NCBI GenBank assembly: GCA_963663035.1
Contig: OY760074.1
Coordinates: forward strand, 576,001 to 640,000
Reading direction: 5' to 3'
DNA length: 64,000 nucleotides
Source of the DNA: Acidobacteriota bacterium
GTDB taxonomy: Bacteria; Acidobacteriota; UBA6911; RPQK01; JADFOI01
Part shown: positions 1 to 10,706 of the stretch, in pieces
Numbering within the stretch: position 1 is the first letter of the stretch
Layout of the letters: every line of letters begins with the position of its first letter
Position numbers and translations under genes: made by a program
The notes under the pieces: model-generated
Database searches by the model: none
Told to the model about the DNA's origin: nothing
The model's input: the letters and a program-made list of their open reading frames with translations, nothing else

Positions 1-1871
1 CCACGCCCCGCGACGAGTCACGCTTTCTATCGGGTCCGCCTCGGATCGCGCCCTTATTTACCGATCTGAATCCCGAGGAAACCGGAGAGGTCAAGGCGCT
101 GGTGGAGACCGAACGGATCACTTTTACCTGGGAAAGCGTTCCAGAATTTTCCGCGGCTGGTGGTCGCCCGGGCAACCAATTTTCAGTAAGCCTGTTTGAA
201 ACCGGAGATATCCTCTTTACTTATGAGTCGGTTGACGTCACCCCTGATGATTCCCCACCTGATGATATCCAGGCAATTGTGGGAATCGGTCCAGGCGGTT
301 TGGGGGTTGGCTCTCCAATTGATCTCTCATCGCAGGGATCCGTCATTCCCATCGCTGCAGCCCCTCTTTACCAGGTTTTTAACGGCAGCGGCTTTGACTT
401 GACAGGTCAGGCCATTCTCTTTCAGGCCTCGGCAGACCTCTTTCAGACCTTCACAAACGAACTTCTCTTCCCCTTTCTCCGTGGCAATCAGGACAATTTC
501 TCGGCCTACGCCGTCACCAGTCTGGACATCGCGCAAGTTCTTGCAATCGAGGGACGTGCCAGCGACGGGTCGCTTCTGTCCTTTCCCAACAACCCCACGA
601 TTGAAGCTCTTGATGCTCAAAAACAATTGGCCCAATTGAGCGCCGACTTCTTCGGTATCAATCTCACGGATTCCCAGAGCGGGTGGGTCCGCATGGCCTC
701 GAACACCTCCGAATTCGGTAGTTTTTTCCAGTTTGGGAATGGACTTGACGGTCCCATCACCAAGATGGATGGGGCACTGGCCTTCACCGGGCAGTCGCAA
801 GTTTTGTACTTCACCCGCCTGTACGACGGACTTGCTACCTTTCCGACGTTCGGCCTGGCAGGTCCTCAGGACGCTGTGACGACGTTGAGCATCGCCAACC
901 CCAATGATGTGGGGATTACGCTGACATTGACGCTCTTTCTCAATACCGGTCAGCCCGCTGCTCCCCAAGTTTCTCGAGTCCTTCCCGCTCTGGGCAGCCT
1001 CTTTGAAACCGTTGGCACGTTGTTCAATATCGCTTCTCCCATCGCGGATGGTTTTGTTCAGGTGGATGTACTGGGACCTGGGGCAGTGGGATTTGCCCTA
1101 ATCGAGCTGGAAGATACGCTCTTGGGCCTGAATGCGTCTTTCGGAAACAACCAGACGACGTTGTACTCCGGGCAGCTGGGAAATGGTCTCGAGGCGGGAA
1201 ACGCCGTATTCACCAGCCTCAAGCTGGTGAATACGGACAGCTCTCCTCGAGTCGTTACCATAACGGCATTTCGGGACGATGGAACGATTATTGGTCTTGT
1301 GGGGCCCTTCCCTTTGGCCTCCAACGCCACCTTTCAGAGGAGCGTTGATCAGCTCTTTGGTCTGGGTTCTCCAGTCACCTTTCCTTTAACCACCGGGTCG
1401 ATTCAGATAGATGTTGATGGTCCGGGCGTTGTGGGGGACGTTGTTTTTGGAGACCCAGGAGACACAGAGACGGGAATTCCCGACTTCGTGGATTATGCGG
1501 CGGCACTTCCTCTGCAGACGACCCTTTTTACGAAGGCCGTTTTTAGTCAGGTGGCCAACGGATCGACCAATCCATCAGATCCCTCCGAGGACTACTTCAC
1601 AGGCCTTGCCCTGTTCAATCCCAATGCACTGCTGGCCAATGTGACCGTTCAGGTGTTTGACCGGGATGGCGGTTTGGTGGGTGAAACGACGCTCAGCCTG
1701 GGCCCAAATCAGCGGCTGTCTGAGCTGGTTGAAGTTCTGATCCCTGCGACGGCAGCACTGATCCGGGGCTATATCGTTGTCGAGTCCACCCAGCCGATTG
1801 TGAGTCAGGTCTTTTTCGGAAACAACACCATGCAATTCCTCTCCGCAGTTCCCCCCAGCATCATCGAGTAG
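1..1871 (+). CDS. Large secreted/surface beta-rich protein with NIDO-like segment (5'-partial)
   Basis: Frame is open from position 3 (..GPPRIAPLFTDLNP..ITFTW..NQFSVSLFETGDILFTY), resembling NIDO-type motifs; followed by repeated beta modules (LSIANPN / LKLVNTD / LALFNPN). Confidence 0.6.
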   Translation, partial: TPRDESRFLSGPPRIAPLFTDLNPEETGEVKALVETERITFTWESVPEFSAAGGRPGNQFSVSLFETGDILFTYESVDVTPDDSPPDDIQAIVGIGPGGLGVGSPIDLSSQGSVIPIAAAPLYQVFNGSGFDLTGQAILFQASADLFQTFTNELLFPFLRGNQDNFSAYAVTSLDIAQVLAIEGRASDGSLLSFPNNPTIEALDAQKQLAQLSADFFGINLTDSQSGWVRMASNTSEFGSFFQFGNGLDGPITKMDGALAFTGQSQVLYFTRLYDGLATFPTFGLAGPQDAVTTLSIANPNDVGITLTLTLFLNTGQPAAPQVSRVLPALGSLFETVGTLFNIASPIADGFVQVDVLGPGAVGFALIELEDTLLGLNASFGNNQTTLYSGQLGNGLEAGNAVFTSLKLVNTDSSPRVVTITAFRDDGTIIGLVGPFPLASNATFQRSVDQLFGLGSPVTFPLTTGSIQIDVDGPGVVGDVVFGDPGDTETGIPDFVDYAAALPLQTTLFTKAVFSQVANGSTNPSDPSEDYFTGLALFNPNALLANVTVQVFDRDGGLVGETTLSLGPNQRLSELVEVLIPATAALIRGYIVVESTQPIVSQVFFGNNTMQFLSAVPPSIIE

Positions 1872-1943
1872 TTTCTGTCAGCGGTCAGATTTCGAATTTG
1901 CTTGGGATTCTGGATTTGGAATTTCCGACGGCCTTGGGCCGGC

Positions 1944-1971
1944 GGTGTCAGCTGTCAGGTGTCAGCTGTCA
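1944..1971. repeat. Heptamer tandem repeat (G[G/C]TGTCA x4)
   Basis: ggtgtca gctgtca ggtgtca gctgtca; overlaps the hpt stop codon. Confidence 0.7.
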
Positions 1972-2525
1972 GCGGCTCTCAGATCCATTGTGGCCACGAA
2001 TGGTAGCTCCCGGTAGGACTCTCGATAATCCAGTCCATAGCCGATGAGAAATGGATCCTTTACGTGAAAACCCACGTACTTGAGCGGAATCTCAACCAGG
2101 CGGAGTTCAGCACGTTCCAGGAGAGTACAGATCGCTAGAGAAGCAGGCTTCCGTTCAACCAGGATCCGAAGCAGATAGTTCAGAGTGAGTCCAGTGTCCA
2201 CGATATCTTCGATGAGCAGAACGTGTTTACCGCAGATGTCTCTTTGTAGATCTTTGATGATTCTGACTTCGCCGGTGTGGGGTTTCCTTTCGTACCGGCT
2301 GATTTGGATGAAGCCAGGCGCGACTGGAAAGGAGATTTGCTCAACCAGATCGCGGGTGAACATGGAGGCTCCCTCGAGGATACCCACCACCACCAGGTTT
2401 TTGCGGTGGTAATCATGGCTGATCTGGCGCGCTAGTTCCTTGACACGCTTCTGGATGGTGTTCTCATCAAAGACGATCTTTTCGACCACCTCTGGAATGG
2501 TGTTGATGCTTGAGGAGGAGATCAT
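1962..2525 (-). CDS. hpt: Hypoxanthine phosphoribosyltransferase
   Basis: VLLIEDIVDTGLTL PRPP-binding motif, FLIGYGLDY..YRELP C-terminus. Confidence 0.95.
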   Translation of the reverse strand: MISSSSINTIPEVVEKIVFDENTIQKRVKELARQISHDYHRKNLVVVGILEGASMFTRDLVEQISFPVAPGFIQISRYERKPHTGEVRIIKDLQRDICGKHVLLIEDIVDTGLTLNYLLRILVERKPASLAICTLLERAELRLVEIPLKYVGFHVKDPFLIGYGLDYRESYRELPFVATMDLRAADS

Positions 2526-2866
2526 TCGAGAAGTCCGAGCTTAAAGAGGAGCTTGCGGTAGTCCCGCTCGTACAGGATCTTGATCTTGAAGTCGGGGTAC
2601 AACTCCCTCATTCTTCGGACCTTGCCGTTCTTTTTTGTGACAAGCTTTTGCTTCATCGTGGTCAATTCCAGGTAGAGATCAAATTGGGGAAGATAGAAAT
2701 CGGGTGTAAAGCTTCCCGTGACACGACCGTCCTCATCCCAGTTCAAGGGGAAACAGACCGGCTCGTAGAGCCATTCAATCCTGTAGAAGTCGAGAAAACC
2801 AGCCAACTCTTCTTCGCTCTGATGAGCGAAGCCGGAGTTTGGCAGGGAACTCTCTTGTATTCCCAT
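2522..2866 (-). CDS. Small PD-(D/E)XK nuclease-like hypothetical protein
   Basis: WLYEP...FTPDFYLPQFDLYLELTT motif; 4-bp overlap with hpt. Confidence 0.65.
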   Translation of the reverse strand: MGIQESSLPNSGFAHQSEEELAGFLDFYRIEWLYEPVCFPLNWDEDGRVTGSFTPDFYLPQFDLYLELTTMKQKLVTKKNGKVRRMRELYPDFKIKILYERDYRKLLFKLGLLE

Positions 2867-2894
2867 TTAGCCCTTTCACTTTCTATCAGAGCAC

Positions 2895-2968
2895 ACTGAC
2901 AGGTTGACAACTGACAACTGACAACTGACAACTGACCACTGACAACTGACCACTGACAACTGACCACT
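2895..2968. repeat. Heptamer tandem array (ACTGACA/ACTGACC ~10x)
   Basis: Directly visible 7-bp periodicity. Confidence 0.9.
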
Positions 2969-3007
2969 TGGGTGCGCGCTTGGGGAGCGCGCTATATAAT
3001 CACTTCC

Positions 3008-3259
3008 ATGTCCTGGACGTTTTATCTGGGCCTGATTGTTTTCCTCACGGTTGTCTTTACGGTCTTCTCCGCTGTAGCCTTCTCAGTCATTCTCGGAGTT
3101 CGGGATAACTATCTTCGCTACTATCAGAAAGCCGATTTGCAATGGACGGCCCCCGGGCGCACAAGGAAGCTGCCAATCTCGAACCTCAAGTGGTTGATTG
3201 GCATGGCGGTGGTGATCGCCTGGGTGGTTGTGGAGTTTGTGATCAAGCCGCACCCATGA
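3008..3259 (+). CDS. Small membrane protein (2 hydrophobic helices)
   Basis: ATG 7 nt after TATAAT; two hydrophobic stretches. Confidence 0.65.
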   Translation: MSWTFYLGLIVFLTVVFTVFSAVAFSVILGVRDNYLRYYQKADLQWTAPGRTRKLPISNLKWLIGMAVVIAWVVVEFVIKPHP

Positions 3260-3277
3260 TTTGGGTCGGACAGGCTG

Positions 3278-3433
3278 CTAGCCCATATTTCTCACACCAG
3301 GTCGTCGCGAAGCGGCGAAAGGACCGGCCTGACAAGGCGCGCGAGGGGTACCCGCGCTCCCGTGCGGGTCGCGCACGCAGTCAGGGCGTATCATTGCGCC
3401 GATGCAGTAGACGTGGTGTGAGAAATATGGCTA
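3278..3433 (+). mobile_element. MITE-like palindromic element, TIR type A
   Basis: TAGCCCATATTTCTCACACCA ... TGGTGTGAGAAATATGGCTA; internal modules shared with other copies. Confidence 0.8.
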
Positions 3434-3480
3434 ATAGCCTATATTGATCTGGACTCAGCTGAAACAGTATCATATCAAGT

Positions 3481-4443
3481 GTGGCAACCACAGTCGCTCC
3501 CCAGGATTTAGCCAGTAAGATCAGTGCACTTCAGACCTCGATTGAACGGGTCATCAAGGGGAAGTCTGAGGTTGTGGAGCGGGCGACCGTTGCTTTGTTA
3601 GCTCAAGGCCACCTGCTGATTGAAGATGTGCCTGGAGTCGGGAAAACCACTCTGGCTCATGCGCTAGCCCGGTCCTTCGATTGCACGTTTCACAGGATCC
3701 AGTTTACAAGTGACCTTCTTCCTTCCGATCTACTAGGGTCATCAATCTTTAACCAGCTGGAGCATCACTTTGAGTTTCGCAAAGGGCCGCTGTTTGCAAA
3801 TGTAGTTCTAGCGGACGAAATTAATCGCACAACTCCTAAAACTCAGAGCGCTCTTCTGGAGGCAATGAGTGAAGGGAAGGTTACTATCGATGACGGGACT
3901 TACGACCTTCCCCAACCCTTCATGGTGATTGCCACCCAAAATCCCGTGGAACACCATGGTACCTATCCATTACCGGAGTCGCAATTAGACCGCTTTTTGA
4001 TGCGCCTTCAGATGGGCTATCCCAATGAGGCGGATGAGAAACAGATCCTGCGCTCCCACATCAGCTACGATACTGCTGACCATCTCACACCGGTGATATC
4101 GGCTGAAGAAGTTCAGGAAGCCCAGGAACTGGTCGAGAAGGTAGAAGTGGAAGATAGCTTGTTGGACTATCTCATGGAGCTGGTTCAGGCTACCCGAAAA
4201 AGTGAATTCCTCACCTTGGGGGTGAGCCCTCGGGGTGCCATGGCACTGTATGGAGCGGCCCAAGCGAGAGCTTTTTCCAAGGGGCGCAATTACTGTACCC
4301 CTGATGACGTGAAGCGATTAGCCGTACCTGTTTTCGCCCACCGTGTGATAGTCAGCACCAAGTACTCATCTCCTTTGCACAAGAGTGAAGAAGCGGAAGC
4401 CATTATCCAGGGACTGATCGAGGAAGTGGAGATCCCACTATAG
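3481..4443 (+). CDS. MoxR-family AAA+ ATPase
   Basis: EDVPGVGKT Walker A, RIQFTSDLLPSD, LADEINR, ATQNP, YPLPESQLDRF. Confidence 0.95.
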   Translation: MATTVAPQDLASKISALQTSIERVIKGKSEVVERATVALLAQGHLLIEDVPGVGKTTLAHALARSFDCTFHRIQFTSDLLPSDLLGSSIFNQLEHHFEFRKGPLFANVVLADEINRTTPKTQSALLEAMSEGKVTIDDGTYDLPQPFMVIATQNPVEHHGTYPLPESQLDRFLMRLQMGYPNEADEKQILRSHISYDTADHLTPVISAEEVQEAQELVEKVEVEDSLLDYLMELVQATRKSEFLTLGVSPRGAMALYGAAQARAFSKGRNYCTPDDVKRLAVPVFAHRVIVSTKYSSPLHKSEEAEAIIQGLIEEVEIPL

Positions 4444-4447
4444 TCAA

Positions 4448-5722
4448 ATGACCGCCTCGATGAAGGTCAAGGGCATTAAAGAGTTCCTCTGGCCTTCTCT
4501 TTTTCTCATTTCTGCTTTTCTTCTGGCGGTTTTGAGCTCAACGGCGCGGCAGGGTGGGCAATTCTATGCCGCAGCCTTTCTGGCCGTCATTTCCCTGATC
4601 TTTGCTTTCGTGGTGTGCTTGACGCTGGTTCCAAGGCTGTTGGCCCGTGTCAAGCTGGAGGTTTTTGCCAATCTGCGGTTCTTCCGATTTACCCGGCGAG
4701 GAGCTCTCTTCATTCTGATTGTTTTCACTCTTTCCTTTGCAACCTTCAACACCGGCAACAACTTATTGATTCTGGTTCTTTCATTTCTTTTGGCTTCACT
4801 GGTCGTTTCCGGAATTGTGGCCAAAATAGTCCTGTTTGGACTGAAGATCAGCCTCAGTGTTCCGAAGGGGATGCACGCGGGTCAAAAGACGATCTTTCTG
4901 ATCACGCTGCACAATCTCAAGAGATGGTTTCCCTCCTTTGCTCTCAGACTGAAAGGGGAAGAGAAAGGGACAGAAGAGCAGGAAGACACGAGTTTCTTCG
5001 TACAAGAGAAAAACTTTCCTTACGTTCGAGCAGGCGAGAACCTGCGGTTGAGACTGCATTGCGAATTTGGCCGTAGAGGAATCTATCCTTTACAGGGCTT
5101 CGAGATAAGGACCACTTTCCCATTCGGATTTTTCTGGCGAGGCAGAACACTGGATGCCTCGGGCGACATCATGGTTTATCCAGCCCTGTGTGATTTGAGA
5201 CCTCTCTTTCTCAACCATCCCAGTTTACAAGGCTTGGAGGGGATGGACCGCAAGGGGAGGGGCAGCGATCTGTACAGTATTCGTCACTACAAACCTGATG
5301 ATAGTGCCCGGTTTGTTCACTGGAAGGCTACTGCAAAGCTGGCTCGTTTGATGATCAAGGATTTTACTCAGGAGGAGGACCAACTTCCAGTGAAGGTCTT
5401 CTTTTCAACCTATCTGCAGGATCGTTCTCCATCCAACCTGGAACAATTCGAAAAAGCGGTTTCCTATATTGCTTCGCTCGGTCATTACTTCCGAGGGAAT
5501 GGTCAGAGGTTCCAGTTCAGTTCAGGCGAATTTGAAGCCACAGTCGATCGACGAGCAGAGGACTATGAGGAGTTTATGGAATACCTGGCCCAGGTGCAGC
5601 CTGCCCAGAAAACACACTTTGACATGGGGAAGGCGACTGTGCCCTGCATCTTGTTTTCTGCTGGTTCCGTGGTGCCACGAGAGGGTCTCCGGCACGTGGA
5701 CTATTTGCAGGGCCAGGGTTAA
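4448..5722 (+). CDS. DUF58 domain membrane protein
   Basis: NTGNNLL, FPFG, IRHYKPDDSARFVHWKATAK; follows MoxR. Confidence 0.9.
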   Translation: MTASMKVKGIKEFLWPSLFLISAFLLAVLSSTARQGGQFYAAAFLAVISLIFAFVVCLTLVPRLLARVKLEVFANLRFFRFTRRGALFILIVFTLSFATFNTGNNLLILVLSFLLASLVVSGIVAKIVLFGLKISLSVPKGMHAGQKTIFLITLHNLKRWFPSFALRLKGEEKGTEEQEDTSFFVQEKNFPYVRAGENLRLRLHCEFGRRGIYPLQGFEIRTTFPFGFFWRGRTLDASGDIMVYPALCDLRPLFLNHPSLQGLEGMDRKGRGSDLYSIRHYKPDDSARFVHWKATAKLARLMIKDFTQEEDQLPVKVFFSTYLQDRSPSNLEQFEKAVSYIASLGHYFRGNGQRFQFSSGEFEATVDRRAEDYEEFMEYLAQVQPAQKTHFDMGKATVPCILFSAGSVVPREGLRHVDYLQGQG

Positions 5723-5937
5723 GCCCGGATAATGCATAGGTTCTCGTCATGAAGCGGCGAAAGCGCCGACCTGACAAGGCGCGCGACGGGTACCCGCTTG
5801 CGGGTCGACCCCCGCAAACGTACTCTTGAGTACGTTGAGGAGGCCGAGGGGTACCCGCGCTCCCGTGCGGGTCGCGCAACGCTGGCAGGGCGGATGATTT
5901 CGTAGCTGCAGTAGAGAATTTATGCATTATCCGGGCT
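5722..5937 (+). mobile_element. MITE-like palindromic element, TIR type B
   Basis: Perfect 17-bp TIR AGCCCGGATAATGCATA/TATGCATTATCCGGGCT; overlaps the DUF58 stop codon. Confidence 0.85.
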
Positions 5938-5960
5938 AAAGTTTAGAGCGGGAAAGAAGC

Positions 5961-8045
5961 ATGGCTTTTGAGAAAGCTTTCAAACTGTCGAGTTACCTCT
6001 TGTTACTCTCGGGGTTTATCTCGCTGTTTGCCAGTGGAGCTCTCGGCCCAGTCGTGACAGCCCTTTATATTCTGGCGGTTGTTGCGAGTTGGAGGACCAG
6101 AATCATCGAGCTCCCCAATTGGGTGCAATTGATCCTCTTTGTCTTCTTCATAGCCTTCTTTCTTGTGGATGCATTGACCCTCTCCGATTTTGTCAGCTCT
6201 ACCGTCCACTTGTTGGTTCTGGTCAGTCTAGTCAAGCTTTTCACTCGACAAACTGAAAGAGATTATCTGATCCTCTACGCTGTCTCTTTTGGTTTCTTGC
6301 TGTTTGCGTCCGCTTACACCATCTCCATTTCCTTTCTCGCTACACTGGTGTTGTACATCTTCTCTTCAATCCTGACCTTTATCCTTTTCGAAAGTAAGAA
6401 AGCTTACGAGGAAAATCGGACAGCTCATTTCTCGCTGTCCGGGTATACCAAAGTGGCTGTGGTCATCACCGCACTCATTGTCCTGATTTCGATACCCATC
6501 TTTGTTGTGATTCCTCGCGTATCGCTCGGTCTCTTTAGCCTCGAAAGAGGTCTAGACCTGCATATGAGTGGCTTCTCGGACAAAGTGAACCTGGGTGATA
6601 TCGGTCAGATCCTTGTCAACACGACCGTGGTGATGAGAGTAAAGCTCGACACTAAGGCGGAAAATGTGTCCCCAAACCTGAAGTGGAGGGGTATCGGTCT
6701 TGACTTCTATGACGGCAGGAGTTGGCTGAATACGAGAGAAGGTTTTCGTCGAATTTCTAGAGATAGAAGGTACGGAGGGATCCTCGTTTCCGAGAGTCGC
6801 CGTGACAACGAATCGTTGGTTCAGCAGAGTATTCTCCTGGAACCTATCAGCAATATGGTTTTTGCCGCACCTCAGATGGTTCTGCTAACGGGCGATGACT
6901 TTTCCAGAAGCTTTGTCTTTAAGGACGGCAATGATTCGGTGGGAGTCTATCGACAAGGACAAGGACCCCTCAAATATGTCGTCTATTCAGACCTGATCAC
7001 GCGGGAAGAGCAATTGGCTCGTCCCTTGGAAGAGACGGTTCTTCCAGAAGCCTTCCGGAGGCGTTATCTACAGCTTCCAGACCTGAGTCCCAGCATCTCC
7101 AGACTGGCCCAAGAAGTGACTCGGACGCAGAGCAGCCCGGTAGAGAAGGCACTGGCAATCGAATATTTTCTGAGAGAAAACTACGGATATTCTCTGGAGA
7201 ACCTGTCGGCCAGTGCTGACGATCCTCTGTATGATTTTCTGTTTGAGGCCAAAGTCGGTCATTGTGAGTACTTTGCTACAGCCCAGGCTATTTTGATGCG
7301 CAGTGTCGGCATTCCCACTCGGGTCGTCAACGGGTTTCACCTGGGGGAATTGAATCAGTTCAATGACTACTTTATCGTGCGGCAGTCTGATGCCCACAGT
7401 TGGGTTGAAGGTTACTTTCCCGGTCCTGGATGGGTGGAGTTTGATTCTACACCGCCGAGCACGACTGCAGCACCGTCAGTTGCGTTGGCCCGTTGGTTTG
7501 GTCAATTTCTCGACGCAATCGATATGTACTGGACTGAGGTTATCACCTACAATCGAGTTAAACAGATCGGGTTTTTCCGCTCCCTCAGCTACAGCATTCG
7601 TTCCTCCTTGACAAGGATCTCTGAAATTTCCCTGGAGCTTGACGAGTTTGCCCAGCTCAAATGGCTTGAAGATTTCAAGAACTGGGATTCTTCAACGGTG
7701 ATTTATGTTGTCTTAGGTTGTTTGGTGGTGGCCGCTTTTGGGATTTTTTACCGATATCGGAGATATGTTCGAGTGCTCTGGAAACAGTGGTTTTTTCAGC
7801 AGGCAAGCTCCAAGATTGCTCCTGAGTATTACCTGGAAATGCTGGATCTTCTGAGGCGAAAAGGGCATGTGAAAAGACCCGCCGAGACCCCTAATGAGTT
7901 TGTGGAAAGAATCCAGGTGGATCTGAACTCCCTTGAGCCGGCTTTCATCACACAACTCTACTACCGCAATCGCTTCGGTCATTTCCCGCTGGGATCGTCC
8001 GATTTGTCACAGCTCTACGGTTGGTTGAAAGAACTGCGGCGGTAA
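5961..8045 (+). CDS. TgpA-like transglutaminase domain membrane protein (DUF3488)
   Basis: Multi-TM N-terminus; GHCEYFA, DAHSWVE, GWVEFD catalytic triad; MoxR-DUF58-TGase context. Confidence 0.92.
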   Translation: MAFEKAFKLSSYLLLLSGFISLFASGALGPVVTALYILAVVASWRTRIIELPNWVQLILFVFFIAFFLVDALTLSDFVSSTVHLLVLVSLVKLFTRQTERDYLILYAVSFGFLLFASAYTISISFLATLVLYIFSSILTFILFESKKAYEENRTAHFSLSGYTKVAVVITALIVLISIPIFVVIPRVSLGLFSLERGLDLHMSGFSDKVNLGDIGQILVNTTVVMRVKLDTKAENVSPNLKWRGIGLDFYDGRSWLNTREGFRRISRDRRYGGILVSESRRDNESLVQQSILLEPISNMVFAAPQMVLLTGDDFSRSFVFKDGNDSVGVYRQGQGPLKYVVYSDLITREEQLARPLEETVLPEAFRRRYLQLPDLSPSISRLAQEVTRTQSSPVEKALAIEYFLRENYGYSLENLSASADDPLYDFLFEAKVGHCEYFATAQAILMRSVGIPTRVVNGFHLGELNQFNDYFIVRQSDAHSWVEGYFPGPGWVEFDSTPPSTTAAPSVALARWFGQFLDAIDMYWTEVITYNRVKQIGFFRSLSYSIRSSLTRISEISLELDEFAQLKWLEDFKNWDSSTVIYVVLGCLVVAAFGIFYRYRRYVRVLWKQWFFQQASSKIAPEYYLEMLDLLRRKGHVKRPAETPNEFVERIQVDLNSLEPAFITQLYYRNRFGHFPLGSSDLSQLYGWLKELRR

Positions 8046-8928
8046 GCACTCCCTGCTATAATCAATCGCTAATGGAAAAGGTTGGATTTGTGAGCTTGGG
8101 GGTGTCCAAAGAATCTCGTAGACAGCGAGGTCATGCTGGGATTGCTGACCCAGAGCGGATACGAAATCACAGCATCTCAAGAGGATGCTCAGATCATCGT
8201 AGTGAATACCTGTGGTTTTATTGAGAGTGCGAAGCAGGAGTCCATCAACACCATTCTCGAGATGGCACAGCAGAAGATCAATGGAAATTGTCGGAAGCTG
8301 ATTGTGGCCGGCTGTCTGGTCGAGAGATACCGGGAAGAGATCCTGGATCAGATCCCCGAGGTGGATGCGGTCATTGGAACCAATGAAATCCCGGAGATCC
8401 TCAAGCATTGTGCTGAAACTCCTCAAGCCAAGGGTCCCCCTCACTTTGAATCCAGGGAGTTGTATCTTTACAGTGATTCCGATCCCAGAATACTCACGAC
8501 TCCAGACTACAGTGCATATTTAAAAATTGCCGAAGGGTGCGATCATACTTGTACTTTTTGCGTGATTCCCAGCATGCGCGGCCCCTTTCGGAGTCGTCCC
8601 ATGGAGTCCATTTTGAGAGAAGCAATGGGCTTGGCGGCTAAAGGTATCAAGGAATTGAATCTCATCGGACAGGACACGACCATGTACGGCTGGGATTGGG
8701 GAAATCGCCAGGGCTTGGCCGAACTGCTCCGGGGCCTCGGAGAAATAGAGGGGATTGAGTGGGTCCGTGTGCTCTATGTCTATCCCAACAATGTTTACGA
8801 TGAGCTTCTGGAGGCCATTGCCCAGACTCCCTCTGTCTGCAAGTATATTGACATTCCTCTTCAACACGCCTCACAAAGAGTTCTCAGGCGTATGAAAAGA
8901 GGCGGGAATCGAGCTTCCCTGTCGAGGC

Positions 8929-10195
8929 TGACCTTGCCCCCTAAAACGAGTCCAGTTTGAATGTTAGGATTTCCGGTTTAGGAAGGAGGCAAGGATGGCA
9001 GGGAAGCGGTTTAGGGCAGAACAGATCATCATGAAGCTGCGTGAGGCAGAGGTGGGTCTGGCCCAAGGACAGAGGGTGGGACAGGTGTCGAAGCAGATGG
9101 GGGTGAGCGAGCAGACCTACTACCGGTGGCGCAAAGAGTACGGAGGGCTCCGGTTGGACCAGGCCAAGAGGTTGAAGGTGTTGGAGAAGGAGAATACCCG
9201 GTTGAAGAAGCTGGTGGCGGATCTGTCTTTGGACAAGCAGATCCTGAAGGAAGTGTCCTCGGGAAACTTCTAGGCCCGGCGAACAGGAGACGAGCGGTGA
9301 TGTGGGTACGAGAGCGATTAGGAGCAGAGCGAGTCTCCGAACGTCGGGCCTGCCAAGTGCTGGGACAGGTTCGATCGACCCAGCGAAGGGAAAGGCAAAT
9401 TCCCGATGATGAGGCCCGATTGGTGGCCCGGATGGTGGAGTTGGCTACGCAATACGGGCGTTATGGCTACCGGCGGGTCACGGCGATACTTCATGGGGAA
9501 GGGTGGAAGGTGAATCCTAAGCGGGTGGAGAGGCTGTGGAGACAAGAAGGGCTGAAAGTCCCGTCCAGACAGCCGAAACGAAGGAGGCTGTGGCTTAATG
9601 ACGGTTCCTGTGTTCGGTTACGAGCGGCTCGCAAGAACCACGTCTGGAGCTATGATTTCGTGCATGAACGGACCCATGATGGGCGAGCCTTTCGGCTATT
9701 GACGATCCTGGATGAGTACACCAGAGAGTGCCTCGCCATTGATGTGAAACGGCAGATGAATCACCAAGACGTGTTGGACCGGCTGGCGGAGTTATTCGTT
9801 GATCGGGGAGTGCCTGAGTTTATCCGGTCCGATAACGGATCGGAGTTTACGGCACAGGCGGTCCGGGACTGGCTGCAGGCTGTTGGGGTAAGGACCTTGT
9901 ACATCGAGCCGGGCAGCCCCTGGGAGAATGGGTACATTGAGAGTTTCAACGGGAAACTACGGGATGAGCTGCTGAACATGGAGATCTTCGACACGCTGGG
10001 GGAAGCCAAGGTGTTGGTAGAACGCTGGCGGAGGGATTACAATCAGATCCGGCCTCACAGCGCCTTGGCCTATCGGCCGCCGGCGCCAGAGGCCAAACTA
10101 CCTAGGTCGCAGGCACTGGATCCAATCCCTTGGAGTGGACTTCAAATGGTCCCGGGTCTAGCATAGAGGGTGGACTCGTTCGTGGGGGCAGGTCA
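8929..10195 (+). mobile_element. IS3-family (IS407-like) insertion sequence, 1267 bp
   Basis: TGACCTTGCCCC...GGGGCAGGTCA ends, 4-bp target duplication AGGC, orfA/orfB. Confidence 0.97.
8995..10166 (+). CDS. IS3-family transposase OrfA/OrfB (-1 programmed frameshift)
   Basis: HTH OrfA 8995-9273; slippery GGGAAAC 9261-9267; Orf[26 protein letters not shown]. Confidence 0.93.
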
Positions 10196-10706
10196 AGGCT
10201 GATTGGTCGGATCCGGAGCCGCATTCCTGAGGTTGCTATTCGGACAACCATGATTGTTGGGTCTCCGGGCGAGAGGGAAGAGGATGTGGAGGAATTGATG
10301 GGGTTCGTTGAAGAGATGCGATTCGATAGGCTTGGTGTCTTTACCTATTCTGATGAAGAAGACTCTGTTGCCTATCAACTCGATGAAAAACTTTCTGAGG
10401 ATGTCAAGAAAGATCGTCAGAAGCGCTTGATGGAACTGCAAGCAGGCATCTCAAAGGAAAAGAATCGCGCAATGATCGGAAAGTGTTTGCCGGTTTTGCT
10501 AGAAGGAAGCTCACGAGAGAGCGAGCTAATGTGGGAAGGCCGATTGTCTTCTCAGGCTCCGGACATTGATGGGGTTGTTTACTTGAATGACGGAATCACC
10601 GAGAAGGTCAGCCCCGGCGATATCGTTCCCGTTCAGATCACCGAGGCCCACGAGTACGATCTTGTCGGAACAGTCCTGGGCACTTAAAATGAAATTGCAA
10701 GGTCCA

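Larger units (their letters stand above)
8072..10687 (+). pseudogene. rimO: Ribosomal protein S12 methylthiotransferase RimO, split by IS3-family element
   Basis: SLG(C)PKNLVDSE (with +1 G in run 8098-8102), NTCGFIESAK, AEGCDHTCTFC, C-terminal APDIDG..HEYDL TRAM; frame restored after removing IS plus one AGGC. Confidence 0.92.

Noticed and set aside
2743-2967. ORFs with repetitive peptides (SVVSGQL; also 26937-27230 and 56981-57232)
   Set aside because: Translations of the heptamer arrays
3142-3447. Recurring small ORFs containing FSHQVVAKRRK (also 10587-10916, 34374-34718, 40005-40229, 60136-60789)
   Set aside because: They arise from reading through the MITEs; frames and starts are not conserved between copies
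10130-10687. 185-aa ORF as an independent gene
   Set aside because: It is the C-terminal part of rimO read in from the IS end
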